A stretch of DNA of 64,000 nucleotides, taken from the IMG/VR virus record IMGVR_UViG_3300027847_001698; one strand, given 5' to 3'. Position numbers and translations under genes: made by a program. Below are positions 1 to 10,433 of the stretch, piece after piece (position 1 is the stretch's first letter; each line of letters begins with the position of its first letter). Source of the DNA: a virus. Taxonomy: Duplodnaviria; Caudoviricetes. Under the pieces are notes generated by a model. The model had not been told where the DNA came from and searched no databases. It saw only the letters and a program-made list of their open reading frames with translations.

Positions 1-3000
1 CTAGAATTAGATGTATTGGTATTATTAATAATTGTTTGACCCACGTTAGTTAACTGTGCAACGGTTGCAGTCTGCATTTGATGCATTTGATTCATAATTT
101 TCCTCTGGTTAGCTGATTGTCCTCTTATTGCCATCATCTCATCTTGAGCTTTAGCATTAATAATTTCACCATGATTAACACGTAATCTATTAGCTGCTCC
201 TTCTCGCAGATTATCATACTTAGAATCTTTAAATGCATTCTCCCCTCTGGCAACCATTTTTAATTGACGATAATTAAGACCATTAAGAAGCCTTCCCCCT
301 AACGCCTTATCCTTACCAGTACCAGTATATTGGGCTATAGCTAAGTTTGTACTGTGTTTCTTTCTATCAGTCTCTACTGCATCAATTGAAGCTAAAAGAC
401 CTTTCCCGCCAGGAGCTAAGGATATAGCTTTTCTAAGTAAAGGATTATCCTTTATTATGGATGACATTGCAGATTTAATACCAGTGATTATAAGATTATA
501 TAAACTCGATACAGTAGAGGCTATCTTCTTTGCAAAAAATATGGATGTCTCAGCTACTATATCTTTTATTGCAACTGCTGCTTCACCAATAGCTATAATT
601 GGAGATAATATCATAGGAATAATCCTGTCCCTATTCTCGTATAATGCTTCTCCTAAAGAGTAAAATACATTCACAAATAATTTAGGCAGATGCCAGAAAA
701 TAAGTTTAGATATATGCCATACCATCTTACCCACTATCTTACCCAGGAACGCTTGTGTTTTAATATACTTAATAGTTATGTCAAATATTATTTCTGCTAT
801 CTTCCAGTAGTTTCCACCAGAGGAAAAGAAAGTAACTACTCCAGAAACAAACTTTTTCATTATACCAATTATGTTAGGGATTACTATATCTGGAAGATCC
901 TTTTGAAGGAAATCAAGTATTCTAGGGACTATAGCTTTAATAGAAGCAGTAACTCGTTTTTGACTTTCAGCAGGATTCATTAAAAAGGAAACGATATTAG
1001 ATATAGAATCTCCTAGAAATCCAAGAATCTTTAAATTCATCTCACCCATAAAGTTTAAATACTTAGCTATCGGTTTACCCAAACCGGGTAATTGAAAATT
1101 AACACCCAGTCTTTCCAGTATGAAATTTACAGGCCATTGTATTATTCTCCATAACCCATCAAGTACTCCACCAACTAATGATGAAAATTTCATTAATAAC
1201 GTTGGCTTAAGTGTATCAAACCATGTTCCGGCTTTAGTCCACCCAATGATTCCATCGATGACCGTAGTAATAATCAACAAGGGAAGGAATATTTTGGAAG
1301 CTAGTCCCGCTATAGGTGCCAGAAGCTTAACTGCTCCAACTCCTCCTAAAATGCCAGTAACTCCAACAAGTGCACCAGCACCCTTTACTCCTTTTGCTCC
1401 TCCCAATAATTTTGATAGTGCAGACATTGGCCCTTTACCTAATAATTTTAAACCTACTCGTTTTGCAGACTGAAACATCCCACCTTTAAAGAATTTTCCT
1501 TTTTCTGCTGCTTCTCCTACTCCTGTGAGAGCTCCACTAGCTTTTGATACTGCTCCTCCTTTTGTTATTGTTTTTAACCCGAGTAGCGAAGCAATGCCTG
1601 AAAAAGCACCACCAAATACTCCAGTGATAGCAGCACCAATAGAACCAACCACAGATGCCATTATCACCCAAAGATTATTTAACAATGCATTAAACTTATT
1701 CTTTCTAAGCCATTCCCAGTGTTTTCCTTGATGCATTGATGTCTTACGATCAGTTATTACAGTGTGATCATATAACCGTTTAGTATATTCAGCAGCTTGT
1801 TGTGTATCTGTTGCATTTTTCTTCCATCGTCTCTGTGCATTATCACCACTAGGACTTATCATTTCTCCAGGTTGAACATGTACCATCCCTTGTTTCGTAA
1901 CATTCAATGGCACCATAGATCCCATTGCGGCCTTAGGTGCTCTACCTAGCATACTATTTAGTCTGCCTTTAGCCCTACTAAATAATCCACCACCTGCTTT
2001 CTGTTCACCCGTATCAGATGACATCAAATCTAAAAAATCACCAGATGCTGAAAATCTCTTGAATCTATCCCATAATTTATCTGGTCCGTCAATTAATCCT
2101 CTGCCTTTTGGAGTTATTGCTCCGCCACCCGTATTTTGAATAATTCTATTCAACTGATCTTGCATCACCTCAAATCCATAAGACAATTGTCCAAATATAG
2201 ACATAGCAGATACAGCTATTGTATCTATTGCAGTTCTTCTAATTACCCGTCTAGAATATTTTTGAGCAGGACCACTTAATACTGTATAATTAGCAGTGAA
2301 AGATACGAAATCTGTAAACATTTTAAATCCCTTCCACACAGATTTAAGAGGACCAGATTTAACAAATGAATCAACCACGTTATCAGCCATACTAAGCATA
2401 GTAGCACCCAAGATACCAACATTATCTGCCATCAGTTGTACGTTAGGTGAAGTTTTTGCTATATTAGAAGATATAATATGAAGATAATCTAACTGTAATT
2501 GTAATGCTTTAGATGGTATAATAGCTTCCCCTTCATGGACAATCGCTTGTCCTGACTTTGTTACAAACCCACCCTTTCTAGCTTTAGGTAAATTTTTCTT
2601 TTTAAGTTCACCTTTAGTAAGGGTATTTACTGCTATTAACCATTGTGCATTACTAATTCTTAATCTGTCAATTGCTTCAATTTCATCTGAAGAACCATAC
2701 ATTCTACTATAGGATGTATTATGTATTCTCTTTTTAGATCTCGTTTTAGATTTTTCGGTTTTATCTACAAATCTACCTTTATCATCTCTAGTTTGATTAG
2801 ACATATGCCCTTTAGATATTACCGATAATTTTTCTTTAGGGCCACCATCAATCATATTTTTTTGAGATTTCTCTCTATTGAGCTTGTTTTTAACTGCACC
2901 TGCTAAATCTTTAGTTCCTTGATACATTCCTCGTACAGCAGAAGAAAGAGTACCTTTATTTTTTTCTATAATACTTTTAGCTAACTGGCCAACAAATGGA

Positions 3001-3191
3001 TTAATTGCAGTAGCAACCGTTATTCCAGCAGCTTGTGTTCCACTAAAACCTACTTGGTCTTTTATAGCACTAGCTGCCGCAGTGATAGGACGGGAAGCTG
3101 CTCTTATAGTTGTAGTTGAAAGATTCTTAATACTGTCAGATAAAGAGGATACCTGAGAGCTAAGATCTCTCATTTGATAATCTTCTGCCAT
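1..3191 (-). CDS. Tape-measure-like / large tail structural protein (partial, >1060 aa, runs off left edge; absent from ORF track)
   Basis: Hand translation from ATG at 3191 (MAEDYQMRDLSSQVSSL...). The frame was open at every point checked, including the last codons at the window edge. Ala/Gly-rich amphipathic stretches, hydrophobic segments and the motif RKGGFVTKSGQAIVHEGEAIIP typical of tape-measure proteins; lies next to terminase and baseplate genes. Confidence 0.6.
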   Translation of the reverse strand, partial: MAEDYQMRDLSSQVSSLSDSIKNLSTTTIRAASRPITAAASAIKDQVGFSGTQAAGITVATAINPFVGQLAKSIIEKNKGTLSSAVRGMYQGTKDLAGAVKNKLNREKSQKNMIDGGPKEKLSVISKGHMSNQTRDDKGRFVDKTEKSKTRSKKRIHNTSYSRMYGSSDEIEAIDRLRISNAQWLIAVNTLTKGELKKKNLPKARKGGFVTKSGQAIVHEGEAIIPSKALQLQLDYLHIISSNIAKTSPNVQLMADNVGILGATMLSMADNVVDSFVKSGPLKSVWKGFKMFTDFVSFTANYTVLSGPAQKYSRRVIRRTAIDTIAVSAMSIFGQLSYGFEVMQDQLNRIIQNTGGGAITPKGRGLIDGPDKLWDRFKRFSASGDFLDLMSSDTGEQKAGGGLFSRAKGRLNSMLGRAPKAAMGSMVPLNVTKQGMVHVQPGEMISPSGDNAQRRWKKNATDTQQAAEYTKRLYDHTVITDRKTSMHQGKHWEWLRKNKFNALLNNLWVIMASVVGSIGAAITGVFGGAFSGIASLLGLKTITKGGAVSKASGALTGVGEAAEKGKFFKGGMFQSAKRVGLKLLGKGPMSALSKLLGGAKGVKGAGALVGVTGILGGVGAVKLLAPIAGLASKIFLPLLIITTVIDGIIGWTKAGTWFDTLKPTLLMKFSSLVGGVLDGLWRIIQWPVNFILERLGVNFQLPGLGKPIAKYLNFMGEMNLKILGFLGDSISNIVSFLMNPAESQKRVTASIKAIVPRILDFLQKDLPDIVIPNIIGIMKKFVSGVVTFFSSGGNYWKIAEIIFDITIKYIKTQAFLGKIVGKMVWHISKLIFWHLPKLFVNVFYSLGEALYENRDRIIPMILSPIIAIGEAAVAIKDIVAETSIFFAKKIASTVSSLYNLIITGIKSAMSSIIKDNPLLRKAISLAPGGKGLLASIDAVETDRKKHSTNLAIAQYTGTGKDKALGGRLLNGLNYRQLKMVARGENAFKDSKYDNLREGAANRLRVNHGEIINAKAQDEMMAIRGQSANQRKIMNQMHQMQTATVAQLTNVGQTIINNTNTSNS

Positions 3192-3198
3192 TAAAATC

Positions 3199-4074
3199 CT
3201 AAGTTAATAAATTTATTACCTTGTAATGTAAAGAATTGGGCTTATCACATGCTATAGCTGCTATTTCACTAGGCCACATTAATTCCTGTGCCGCAGTTGT
3301 ATCTGGGTCAACTATTCCGATTTCTTTGTATGCATCTATTAATGCATAATACAAATTATTCATCTGTTTGTTATTATTTATTGTCGCAACAAACACAGCA
3401 TTGTTTTTCATATAAAGACCAAACGCCGATGCCAAATCCATTGCAATTTCTTCTGCTCGTTTTTTCCCAAACACACTAAGTTCTTTTTTTATAAACTCAT
3501 AGTACACCTTTAAGTTGACTTTATACTGTTTAGTATTTTCAAAGTTTGATATTAGAAATTTTGCTATTCGTTTTGCTGAATTTGATTCAATTTGTATTCC
3601 CGCATAAATCTCGAAAAATTTGCTATAGTATGATGCAAACATATCTTTAAAAATATTAAAAAACTTGTTTTGATCTTGTCTACATGCATAATGCATTACT
3701 TCATGTAAAAGTATTTGAGATACATTTTTATCTGATACCCATGAAAATAAATTTACATTATTGTCCATTAAAATATATATTTTATGACTCTCAGGATGAT
3801 ATATCCCCATCAAAGTCTTTTTAAATCCATTAGCAAATTTTTTATGTAAAAGAAGCTTAATAATATTCTTCGACATAAAGCCTGGTACTATGACATCATC
3901 ATTTATTAGATTCGAAATAGGTCCTCTGACTGGAGATATTAATTTATTCTTAGACACTATATCAATAAAACTAGATTTTAATTTCTCCGAGGAATAGACC
4001 GAATAATCATGTAATTTTACAATCTCTTTAACAGAGAAAGGAATAATTCCTAATTTCTCTTGTAAATCGGTCAT
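3199..4074 (-). CDS. HExxH zincin-like metallopeptidase, putative virion protein
   Basis: QILLHEVMHY motif; downstream ELMWPSE could supply a third ligand; N-terminal MTDLQE. Confidence 0.55.
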   Translation of the reverse strand: MTDLQEKLGIIPFSVKEIVKLHDYSVYSSEKLKSSFIDIVSKNKLISPVRGPISNLINDDVIVPGFMSKNIIKLLLHKKFANGFKKTLMGIYHPESHKIYILMDNNVNLFSWVSDKNVSQILLHEVMHYACRQDQNKFFNIFKDMFASYYSKFFEIYAGIQIESNSAKRIAKFLISNFENTKQYKVNLKVYYEFIKKELSVFGKKRAEEIAMDLASAFGLYMKNNAVFVATINNNKQMNNLYYALIDAYKEIGIVDPDTTAAQELMWPSEIAAIACDKPNSLHYKVINLLT

Positions 4075-4122
4075 CTACTAAGCCTCTTTGTATTTTGTTC
4101 TAGGATCTTATACTTAACAAAG

Positions 4123-5844
4123 TTAATGTACAATATCGTCTGAATCATTTATATTAAATCCTAATATTTTAGTTACATCTACCATAGGAGAATCTTTACT
4201 TACTTCATGTAAATTCTCTTTGATATGTTTAAGAATTTTATTACTTACGTCATGTTGGGTCATTTTCTCTCTATACTTCATATCATTAATATCAGAACTA
4301 TAACTACCTTCCGAGAATCCCATATCTAATACTCCCATCATATCATCAACTACAGCTTCAGATGTAACAGACGATATACTCATGGGTGGATCATACATTC
4401 TAACATATGCACCAAATCCTAATGATATAGCCATATCGTCATTCATTCCCCTAGAGGCTTCAACTCTATTAATTCGACCACCTGTATTTTCTTCTAGTCC
4501 TATAAGCTCCAATGCTAACTTCCTAGATTTAATAAGATTAGTATTTTCAGATACATATGTGTATAACGAATCAAAGATCAAAGGTCTAGTTTGTGCATTC
4601 GTTGATAATCCATATTTGTATGTTGGTCGTTTATTCTTGGCGGTGTTCTTTATTTTATGCTGATATAAATTATGGTCGATTGAACTTCGAGTTAAAAATT
4701 CTATAACTTGATTACCATATGAGTTTTCCTCTACAATAGTTAAATTCCGTGGGAAAATCTTACACACTGACTCCACTACCTTACAAAAATCATCAACCCG
4801 TAGCTTACCTACATACTCCGCAACCTGTTCAAATGTAACATAATCTATAATTTCAATTGCTGAATAATCAGTACCAGATGCAGATGCCACATCAACACAT
4901 ATCATATAATATGAATCTTTATTTGGCTGTTTCCATATCTGCAAATCGTGACTCTCAAATGTCAACTTGGCTATAGGGGGAGTATCAACATCATTAAGTT
5001 TCTCGATAATTTCACCAGGGAAAAATGAATTTATTGAAGCTAAGAATTTCATTTCTAGCTCTTGTTGAATCTTTGCACGATCATTATGTAAGATAGCACA
5101 CTGCCTAGGATACCAAGTAGGATCTTCTCTGAATTCTTTAACCTGCTTCCAATGAATCTTTTTAGCTTTATAGATAGAATTAGGATTAGTCTCAGCTTCT
5201 ACCCAACGCTCATAATACCATTTACCAATACCTACAGTTTTATTAGGAGTACTAATTACTATTGTCCCATAAGGAACTCCCTTTGCTTCGGCTGCACTTT
5301 GGGCCTTAACAAGAGTTGGTCCAAATCCCGAGAATGCTTCATCTATATAATCAATGAATGCAGCTTCATCCACAACAACAATCGTACATGCCTTTCCTCT
5401 AAATAAGTTTTCAGGTTTCTTTGCATTTACCTGTGATGCATGAAATTTACATCCATTATCTAATATGAATGTTTGCTCTGCTTCTTTAACAAATTTAGGT
5501 CTGATCCAATCTGGTAAATTCCTGATCATTGCCATGACCTTTCTGCAAAAGTCAGTAGACTCAGGACCATCTCTACTAACAACACCAACAACAACGTTTT
5601 TATTGAATATCAATGCCCATACAATAAATGCTTGAACTATTGTTGAAATTCCAATCTGTCTTGACTTTAAAGTTATAACATGATGATCATTTACAATAGT
5701 ACGCAAGAAATCTTTTTGTGGATCGTACAACTTAAATAGAATGTTTCCGCCTACTTCTTCTAGCTCTATAAAATGCTCTATAAAATAGACAGAATCTTCT
5801 TTAGCTTTATAGTATATCTCTAATCGTTCTGTTGTTGTTTCCAT
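4123..5844 (-). CDS. terL: Terminase large subunit (T4 gp17-like)
   Basis: Walker A-like TLKSRQIGIST, Walker B VVVDEAAF, coupling motif ISTP, nuclease acidic motifs VDVASASGTDYS and NDDMAISL. Confidence 0.93.
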   Translation of the reverse strand: METTTERLEIYYKAKEDSVYFIEHFIELEEVGGNILFKLYDPQKDFLRTIVNDHHVITLKSRQIGISTIVQAFIVWALIFNKNVVVGVVSRDGPESTDFCRKVMAMIRNLPDWIRPKFVKEAEQTFILDNGCKFHASQVNAKKPENLFRGKACTIVVVDEAAFIDYIDEAFSGFGPTLVKAQSAAEAKGVPYGTIVISTPNKTVGIGKWYYERWVEAETNPNSIYKAKKIHWKQVKEFREDPTWYPRQCAILHNDRAKIQQELEMKFLASINSFFPGEIIEKLNDVDTPPIAKLTFESHDLQIWKQPNKDSYYMICVDVASASGTDYSAIEIIDYVTFEQVAEYVGKLRVDDFCKVVESVCKIFPRNLTIVEENSYGNQVIEFLTRSSIDHNLYQHKIKNTAKNKRPTYKYGLSTNAQTRPLIFDSLYTYVSENTNLIKSRKLALELIGLEENTGGRINRVEASRGMNDDMAISLGFGAYVRMYDPPMSISSVTSEAVVDDMMGVLDMGFSEGSYSSDINDMKYREKMTQHDVSNKILKHIKENLHEVSKDSPMVDVTKILGFNINDSDDIVH

Positions 5845-5850
5845 AAATAT

Positions 5851-7182
5851 TTAAACTATATTTTGAGTTGATCCAGAAAATTTATTTTCTATAATTGGAT
5901 TCTCAAAATAACTAGGAGAAGTTCTGAATAATGTCAAGTGGCACACTGAATCCCAGTTATCAGATGTTTCCCTACTAAGAATAAAATCACTAGAATTCAA
6001 AATATACTTTCCTCTATATGATTGATATTCAAATATCGTTGGTACAAAATCTACTGGATTTCCTATTTTAACAATAGGTATCATCCTGATATTTCTTCTT
6101 ATTGTAATCCCCATCCCCAACATACTTCTGATATCATTGGAGACGGCTGTCGTTGCCAATGCTGAATTACTCACACCACCAATATTATGAGTATACCGTT
6201 TTCGGATTCTTACATTAGGATGCATCTTTGCCCCTGAAGATCCTTCAAACACACCTTTGGTTGTTGCAATATTTCCAATAGTCTCAGAAAAATGTTGATA
6301 TAAATCATTTGGGGGATGTGTTGTAAATACTCTATTAAATCCATTTTCTACAATAGAACTATTTCCAAAATATAAAGTTTTAATAGGATCTCTAGTGTAA
6401 TATGTACCACTATTATGATGTACATCATCCATTATTTTAGAGAATAGAGTCTTATCTCGTCTTGCAGTGTTCATCTGGAATATTCTACATACGGGAATAT
6501 CTTTTATTTTCTCATTTAAATTCCACATATGAATCTTCCCATCAAATCCACAAAATCTAAACATCGGCCCATTATATAAAGAAAATGCATTATCTATAAA
6601 TGAAATCAGTTGTGTTACTGTCATTGGTGGGCATATAAACTGAGGAATCAACTCTAAATTCTTCCCCCTATTATCTATATCTAATCTATCTCCTAATCCT
6701 AAATCTGTTATTATCTTAGCCACTGTATCTACAGGACATAGACTAGGATCTTCTTCTTCTGTAATATAATTTACAAAAGAACACATTGTATTAAATGAAG
6801 GAAGTGGAATTGCAGTAAATGTTACTGGACCTCTATCACCCATTGTATCTGGTGTTTCTGTTTCATTCATTTCAGGTCTAAGGAATAGATGAGTATCAGC
6901 TTTTAAATACAACAATTTGTACTGTACCAACTCCACTGGCATATTATCTTCTTGCATTAAGTAGATTCTCAAATGCATTGTTTCTTGACCATAAATGTCA
7001 TTTAAGATTATATCATTTGAACTAATGTTCAAACTTATACTAAATTTCGGCCACACTGAATTCGCAGTATGTATCATACGAACCCGGGTCAAGAATTTAG
7101 ATATGTCTACATTTCCTATGTATAATTCTACACTAAAATTCTTACCAAGTCTATTTACCTTTGAAATATCAATAGCTGGCAT
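5851..7182 (-). CDS. Probable baseplate hub protein (gp27/GPD-like)
   Basis: 443 aa, beta-rich; C-terminal GKYILNSSDFILSRE...WDSVCHLTLFR resembles hub-protein C-termini; located in the structural block. Confidence 0.45.
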   Translation of the reverse strand: MPAIDISKVNRLGKNFSVELYIGNVDISKFLTRVRMIHTANSVWPKFSISLNISSNDIILNDIYGQETMHLRIYLMQEDNMPVELVQYKLLYLKADTHLFLRPEMNETETPDTMGDRGPVTFTAIPLPSFNTMCSFVNYITEEEDPSLCPVDTVAKIITDLGLGDRLDIDNRGKNLELIPQFICPPMTVTQLISFIDNAFSLYNGPMFRFCGFDGKIHMWNLNEKIKDIPVCRIFQMNTARRDKTLFSKIMDDVHHNSGTYYTRDPIKTLYFGNSSIVENGFNRVFTTHPPNDLYQHFSETIGNIATTKGVFEGSSGAKMHPNVRIRKRYTHNIGGVSNSALATTAVSNDIRSMLGMGITIRRNIRMIPIVKIGNPVDFVPTIFEYQSYRGKYILNSSDFILSRETSDNWDSVCHLTLFRTSPSYFENPIIENKFSGSTQNIV

Positions 7183-7202
7183 TTAAATTCCTACAAAAAA
7201 AA

Positions 7203-7457
7203 TTACTTGGATGTTTTTATCCAAAACGACTCAATATTGCTATATATTTGTTTGGCAAAATCTTCCCTTGATTCCAAAGGAAGACTTTTCCAAACTTGAT
7301 TTACCTTAGTTTGAATAGCCTGACTCCATGTTATAAGTCTAGGATCATTTGCTCTATCATTTTCTAACTTTGATTCTTTTGCTAGTGGACATTCCCCGTC
7401 TGCTACTGGGGGATGAATATATCCACATTCAGGACAATTTCCATTATCAGTGGTCAT
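7203..7457 (-). CDS. Small protein with N-terminal Cys/His zinc-ribbon motif
   Basis: CPECGYIHPPVADGEC; 84 aa. Confidence 0.6.
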   Translation of the reverse strand: MTTDNGNCPECGYIHPPVADGECPLAKESKLENDRANDPRLITWSQAIQTKVNQVWKSLPLESREDFAKQIYSNIESFWIKTSK

Positions 7458-7618
7458 TTTCGTTTACCTTTTTGTTCCTGCTTATATTTATCTGCAAGAA
7501 CCCATTTTACCAATTTTTTCTGATCACTTATTATTCGAACACTCTCTTTGTAACTTTGACATTGAAATCTAATTATTTCTAAATCTCTCCAATTATCTTG
7601 AAGATTTTCAACTGTCAT
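7454..7618 (-). CDS. Small hypothetical protein (54 aa, below ORF-track cut-off)
   Basis: MTVENLQDNWRDLE...KGKRK; its TGA overlaps the ATG of the next gene (ATGA coupling). Confidence 0.5.
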   Translation of the reverse strand: MTVENLQDNWRDLEIIRFQCQSYKESVRIISDQKKLVKWVLADKYKQEQKGKRK

Positions 7619-7712
7619 ATTTTGAAATACAGCCTCAATCCAAAATATATTCCATTTCAGATTTTAACATACCAATGGGAGGTCGTTAGTAGTTATATTT
7701 ACAATTTGTTCC

Positions 7713-8585
7713 TTATATTAACTTTCCATCTTTTTTTGCTACAAATGCTGATAGATACTTTCTTAATTCTAATTCCCTAACAATGTTCTTATCAGCGTCG
7801 ATAAGATATGATAGAATGAATGAAGCATAATACAGATTACGAAATTCGTCATTCAAGTTGTCTTGCATTTCGATAAACGTTCTCACTAATTTTTTCGGAA
7901 AAGCTTTGGTTAAACCAGTTAAGAAATCAATATCAACAGGAATCTGTTTGAACTTGTTTATTCTATCCTCGCATTTACTCTTAACATCCTTAACTTGTTC
8001 ATACGTTAAATTGAGTGTGTCATCATGAATAAGCCGGTGAGTAAACTCATCTAATACAAAAGGATTAGATACACTTGCTTTAGCTTTAGTACCATCTTCT
8101 TTGTCCCCAAACAATGCAGTAACGAAACTGTAATTCAACTGCAAAGCAAGATTACCAGAAAATCCATTTATTATTCCAAATGCTAATCCGGTCTTAGAAG
8201 TTATTTCTTCTAGATTCAAATTTGTCATTAAATTGAATAGAATTTTATCTACATCAGTATCACCAGGAATATCTAAAACATAATCCTTTAGTATAAATAT
8301 ACTTTTAACTGATGTTTTATCTCTAAAATGCTTTTCGCCAATTGTTTTAGCACCAAGAGACGCTTGTATATCTTTAATTATTTCTGATGTTTTGGCTACT
8401 TGGTATTCTTCGGACAATAGTCCATTACATGTTAGCCACGGTTGCCCGGACTCTCTATATGATAAACTGAAATACGGAGTATCTGAACCGTCTGGATCTT
8501 TAACTCTCTTATATCCAAAATCATAATTCATATCTTGTACTAATACAGAATCTGATATTGTCTGTAGACTAATTATAGATGCCAA
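7713..8585 (-). CDS. Hypothetical protein, weak resemblance to DUF932/DUF945 phage proteins
   Basis: TTG start with upstream AAAGGAGAG; 290 aa. GLAFGIINGFSGNLALQLNY recalls the DUF932 NSxDGS region (recollection, unverified). Confidence 0.5.
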   Translation of the reverse strand: MASIISLQTISDSVLVQDMNYDFGYKRVKDPDGSDTPYFSLSYRESGQPWLTCNGLLSEEYQVAKTSEIIKDIQASLGAKTIGEKHFRDKTSVKSIFILKDYVLDIPGDTDVDKILFNLMTNLNLEEITSKTGLAFGIINGFSGNLALQLNYSFVTALFGDKEDGTKAKASVSNPFVLDEFTHRLIHDDTLNLTYEQVKDVKSKCEDRINKFKQIPVDIDFLTGLTKAFPKKLVRTFIEMQDNLNDEFRNLYYASFILSYLIDADKNIVRELELRKYLSAFVAKKDGKLI

Positions 8586-8755
8586 TGGGATATCTCTCCT
8601 TTGATAAATATTTTGAAATGAAAAACTTATTAAATTCTCGTTTAAAATGATTTTTTAAAATGAAATCATTTACAGACACAATTCTTACTTCGATAGTAAT
8701 ATTCCCAATCATGGTTATACTTGTAATCATGGATGTCATATATTATTACATTTAG

Positions 8756-9973
8756 TCACCTTGCCACTATTAGAAGTTGATTCTGTGCTCTTGTTATTGC
8801 TGTATATAACCACCTAGCCCAATATTCATCATCCCAATAGCTACTTCGTTCTTCTAATACCATGACTCGATTTGCTTGACTTCCTTGTGCTTTATGAACA
8901 CTCAAGCAATAACCATAATCAAAATAATCAAGTTTAGCTGCATATACGTTAAGAGACGATGCAGATATCACTGCTCTATTCACTTTAGTAGGATTCATCT
9001 CAGGAGACGAATTCCCAAAACATGTTTTATCTATGGGTCCATGATATACTTCAGGGGTTTCATCTATTGCTACTTCTATTTCATAATAACAACCATGATC
9101 TGAGATATATCTTATCCTGCCACAACTACCATTGTATATAACAGTATCCATTGCAAAATGATTATTCTTTAAACAAACTACTCTGTCTCCCTTCTGGGGA
9201 TCTGAAGTAGTTCTTTTCAATAAATTTTCTCGAATGTAATTATTCATCTTTACTCTAGTAGCATTAAACCCACATAGTAATAAAGTTGTATCAAAGTTAT
9301 TAGTATTACGAAGGAAGTTATTTACAGCTTTGTTTTTACTTCCAACTACCTTTGCAACTTTTTCTCCATACATACCTGGAGGTATAACTCCGTTCGATCT
9401 TATATCCATAGATAATTTTATTATTGGATTTCCTTCACTCTGCCTATGTATTTCACGTAACATAAAATCAGGATTTTCCATTAAATTTAATGTTCCTTCA
9501 ATAGGTGGAAGTTGAAAGCAATCCCCAACTGCTAATATGGGGATTTCATAACTTTTCAAATCCTTATATATATCCGATCCAATCATACTAGCTTCATCTA
9601 CAACTAGTAGATCATACTCAACTTCATCCTTGGTTTTTAAATCCCAGGAAATGATATTCCCTGAAGATTCCTCAACCTTTGGTTTATATATCAAGGAATG
9701 TATAGTTCCGCAATAATCTACGGGTCTTAATGAATTAGTAGACTTGAGTTTAACTCTTAACACATGAGATGCCTTACCAGTATAACTGATATATGCAATT
9801 TTCACCATTCTAGGAAATATACGCTGGATTGTACTTACTAACGTAGTTTTGCCAGTTCCAGCATAACCTCCAAGAATAAATGGTTTCTCCTCATTATAAT
9901 TATACCACTCGGTTATTAATCCAATGGCTTCGTTTTGTTCTTTACTGTATTCCAGGGTCGTCTGTTGGGTCAT
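8756..9973 (-). CDS. SF1B helicase, RecD/Dda-like
   Basis: GGYAGTGKTT (Walker A), VVDEASMI, VGDCFQLPPI, CLSVHKAQGSQ, LYTAITRA. Confidence 0.93.
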   Translation of the reverse strand: MTQQTTLEYSKEQNEAIGLITEWYNYNEEKPFILGGYAGTGKTTLVSTIQRIFPRMVKIAYISYTGKASHVLRVKLKSTNSLRPVDYCGTIHSLIYKPKVEESSGNIISWDLKTKDEVEYDLLVVDEASMIGSDIYKDLKSYEIPILAVGDCFQLPPIEGTLNLMENPDFMLREIHRQSEGNPIIKLSMDIRSNGVIPPGMYGEKVAKVVGSKNKAVNNFLRNTNNFDTTLLLCGFNATRVKMNNYIRENLLKRTTSDPQKGDRVVCLKNNHFAMDTVIYNGSCGRIRYISDHGCYYEIEVAIDETPEVYHGPIDKTCFGNSSPEMNPTKVNRAVISASSLNVYAAKLDYFDYGYCLSVHKAQGSQANRVMVLEERSSYWDDEYWARWLYTAITRAQNQLLIVAR

Positions 9974-10430
9974 TCTCTTCTCCAGTCTCTTCTTCAGTCT
10001 CTTCTTCTTTTTCGTATATGTCTAATGTCCCTCCAGGTGACGAGAATACAAATACTCTAGCAATAACATCACCTACTGCAAATTCATATGCATAGTTAAA
10101 AGCAGTAACACTTAGCCACACTTCCCCATCATGTTCATTTCTATACATGTAATTTTGAACATAGACACCATGATCAAATTCTAATGATGGATCAACTTGA
10201 ATGAATGGAATTACACCTATAGGAAAATCTATACTCAACCCCATTGGTATTTGGGTTGGGTTCATTACTCTCATGTTAGCGGCTGACTTTAATTCAAAAT
10301 ATCCATCTTTATGAAAAACAGGTTTATTGACATTAGACGAAATATGAGTATATGTTATAGCCGGGTTACAAACCGATGTAACATAATTGTTTGCCATTGT
10401 AGTAACAGCATCAGGTTGCTGGGTGTCCAT
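9942..10430 (-). CDS. Degenerate trimeric dUTPase-like protein with acidic tail
   Basis: Motif spacing follows dUTPase (GYFELKS, IPMGLSIDFP, HDGEVWL, GDVIARVF), but RSG and GxIDxxYxG are missing; acidic C-terminal tail. Confidence 0.55.
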   Translation of the reverse strand: MDTQQPDAVTTMANNYVTSVCNPAITYTHISSNVNKPVFHKDGYFELKSAANMRVMNPTQIPMGLSIDFPIGVIPFIQVDPSLEFDHGVYVQNYMYRNEHDGEVWLSVTAFNYAYEFAVGDVIARVFVFSSPGGTLDIYEKEEETEEETGEENDPTDDPGIQ

Positions 10431-10433
10431 AGA

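Noticed and set aside
457-2481. Several plus-strand ORFs in the track (457-663, 690-983, 1120-1473, 1525-1731, 2296-2481)
   Set aside because: They are antisense shadows of the long minus-strand ORF 3191->1, with no RBS or motifs. The same applies to most short plus-strand ORFs across the window.
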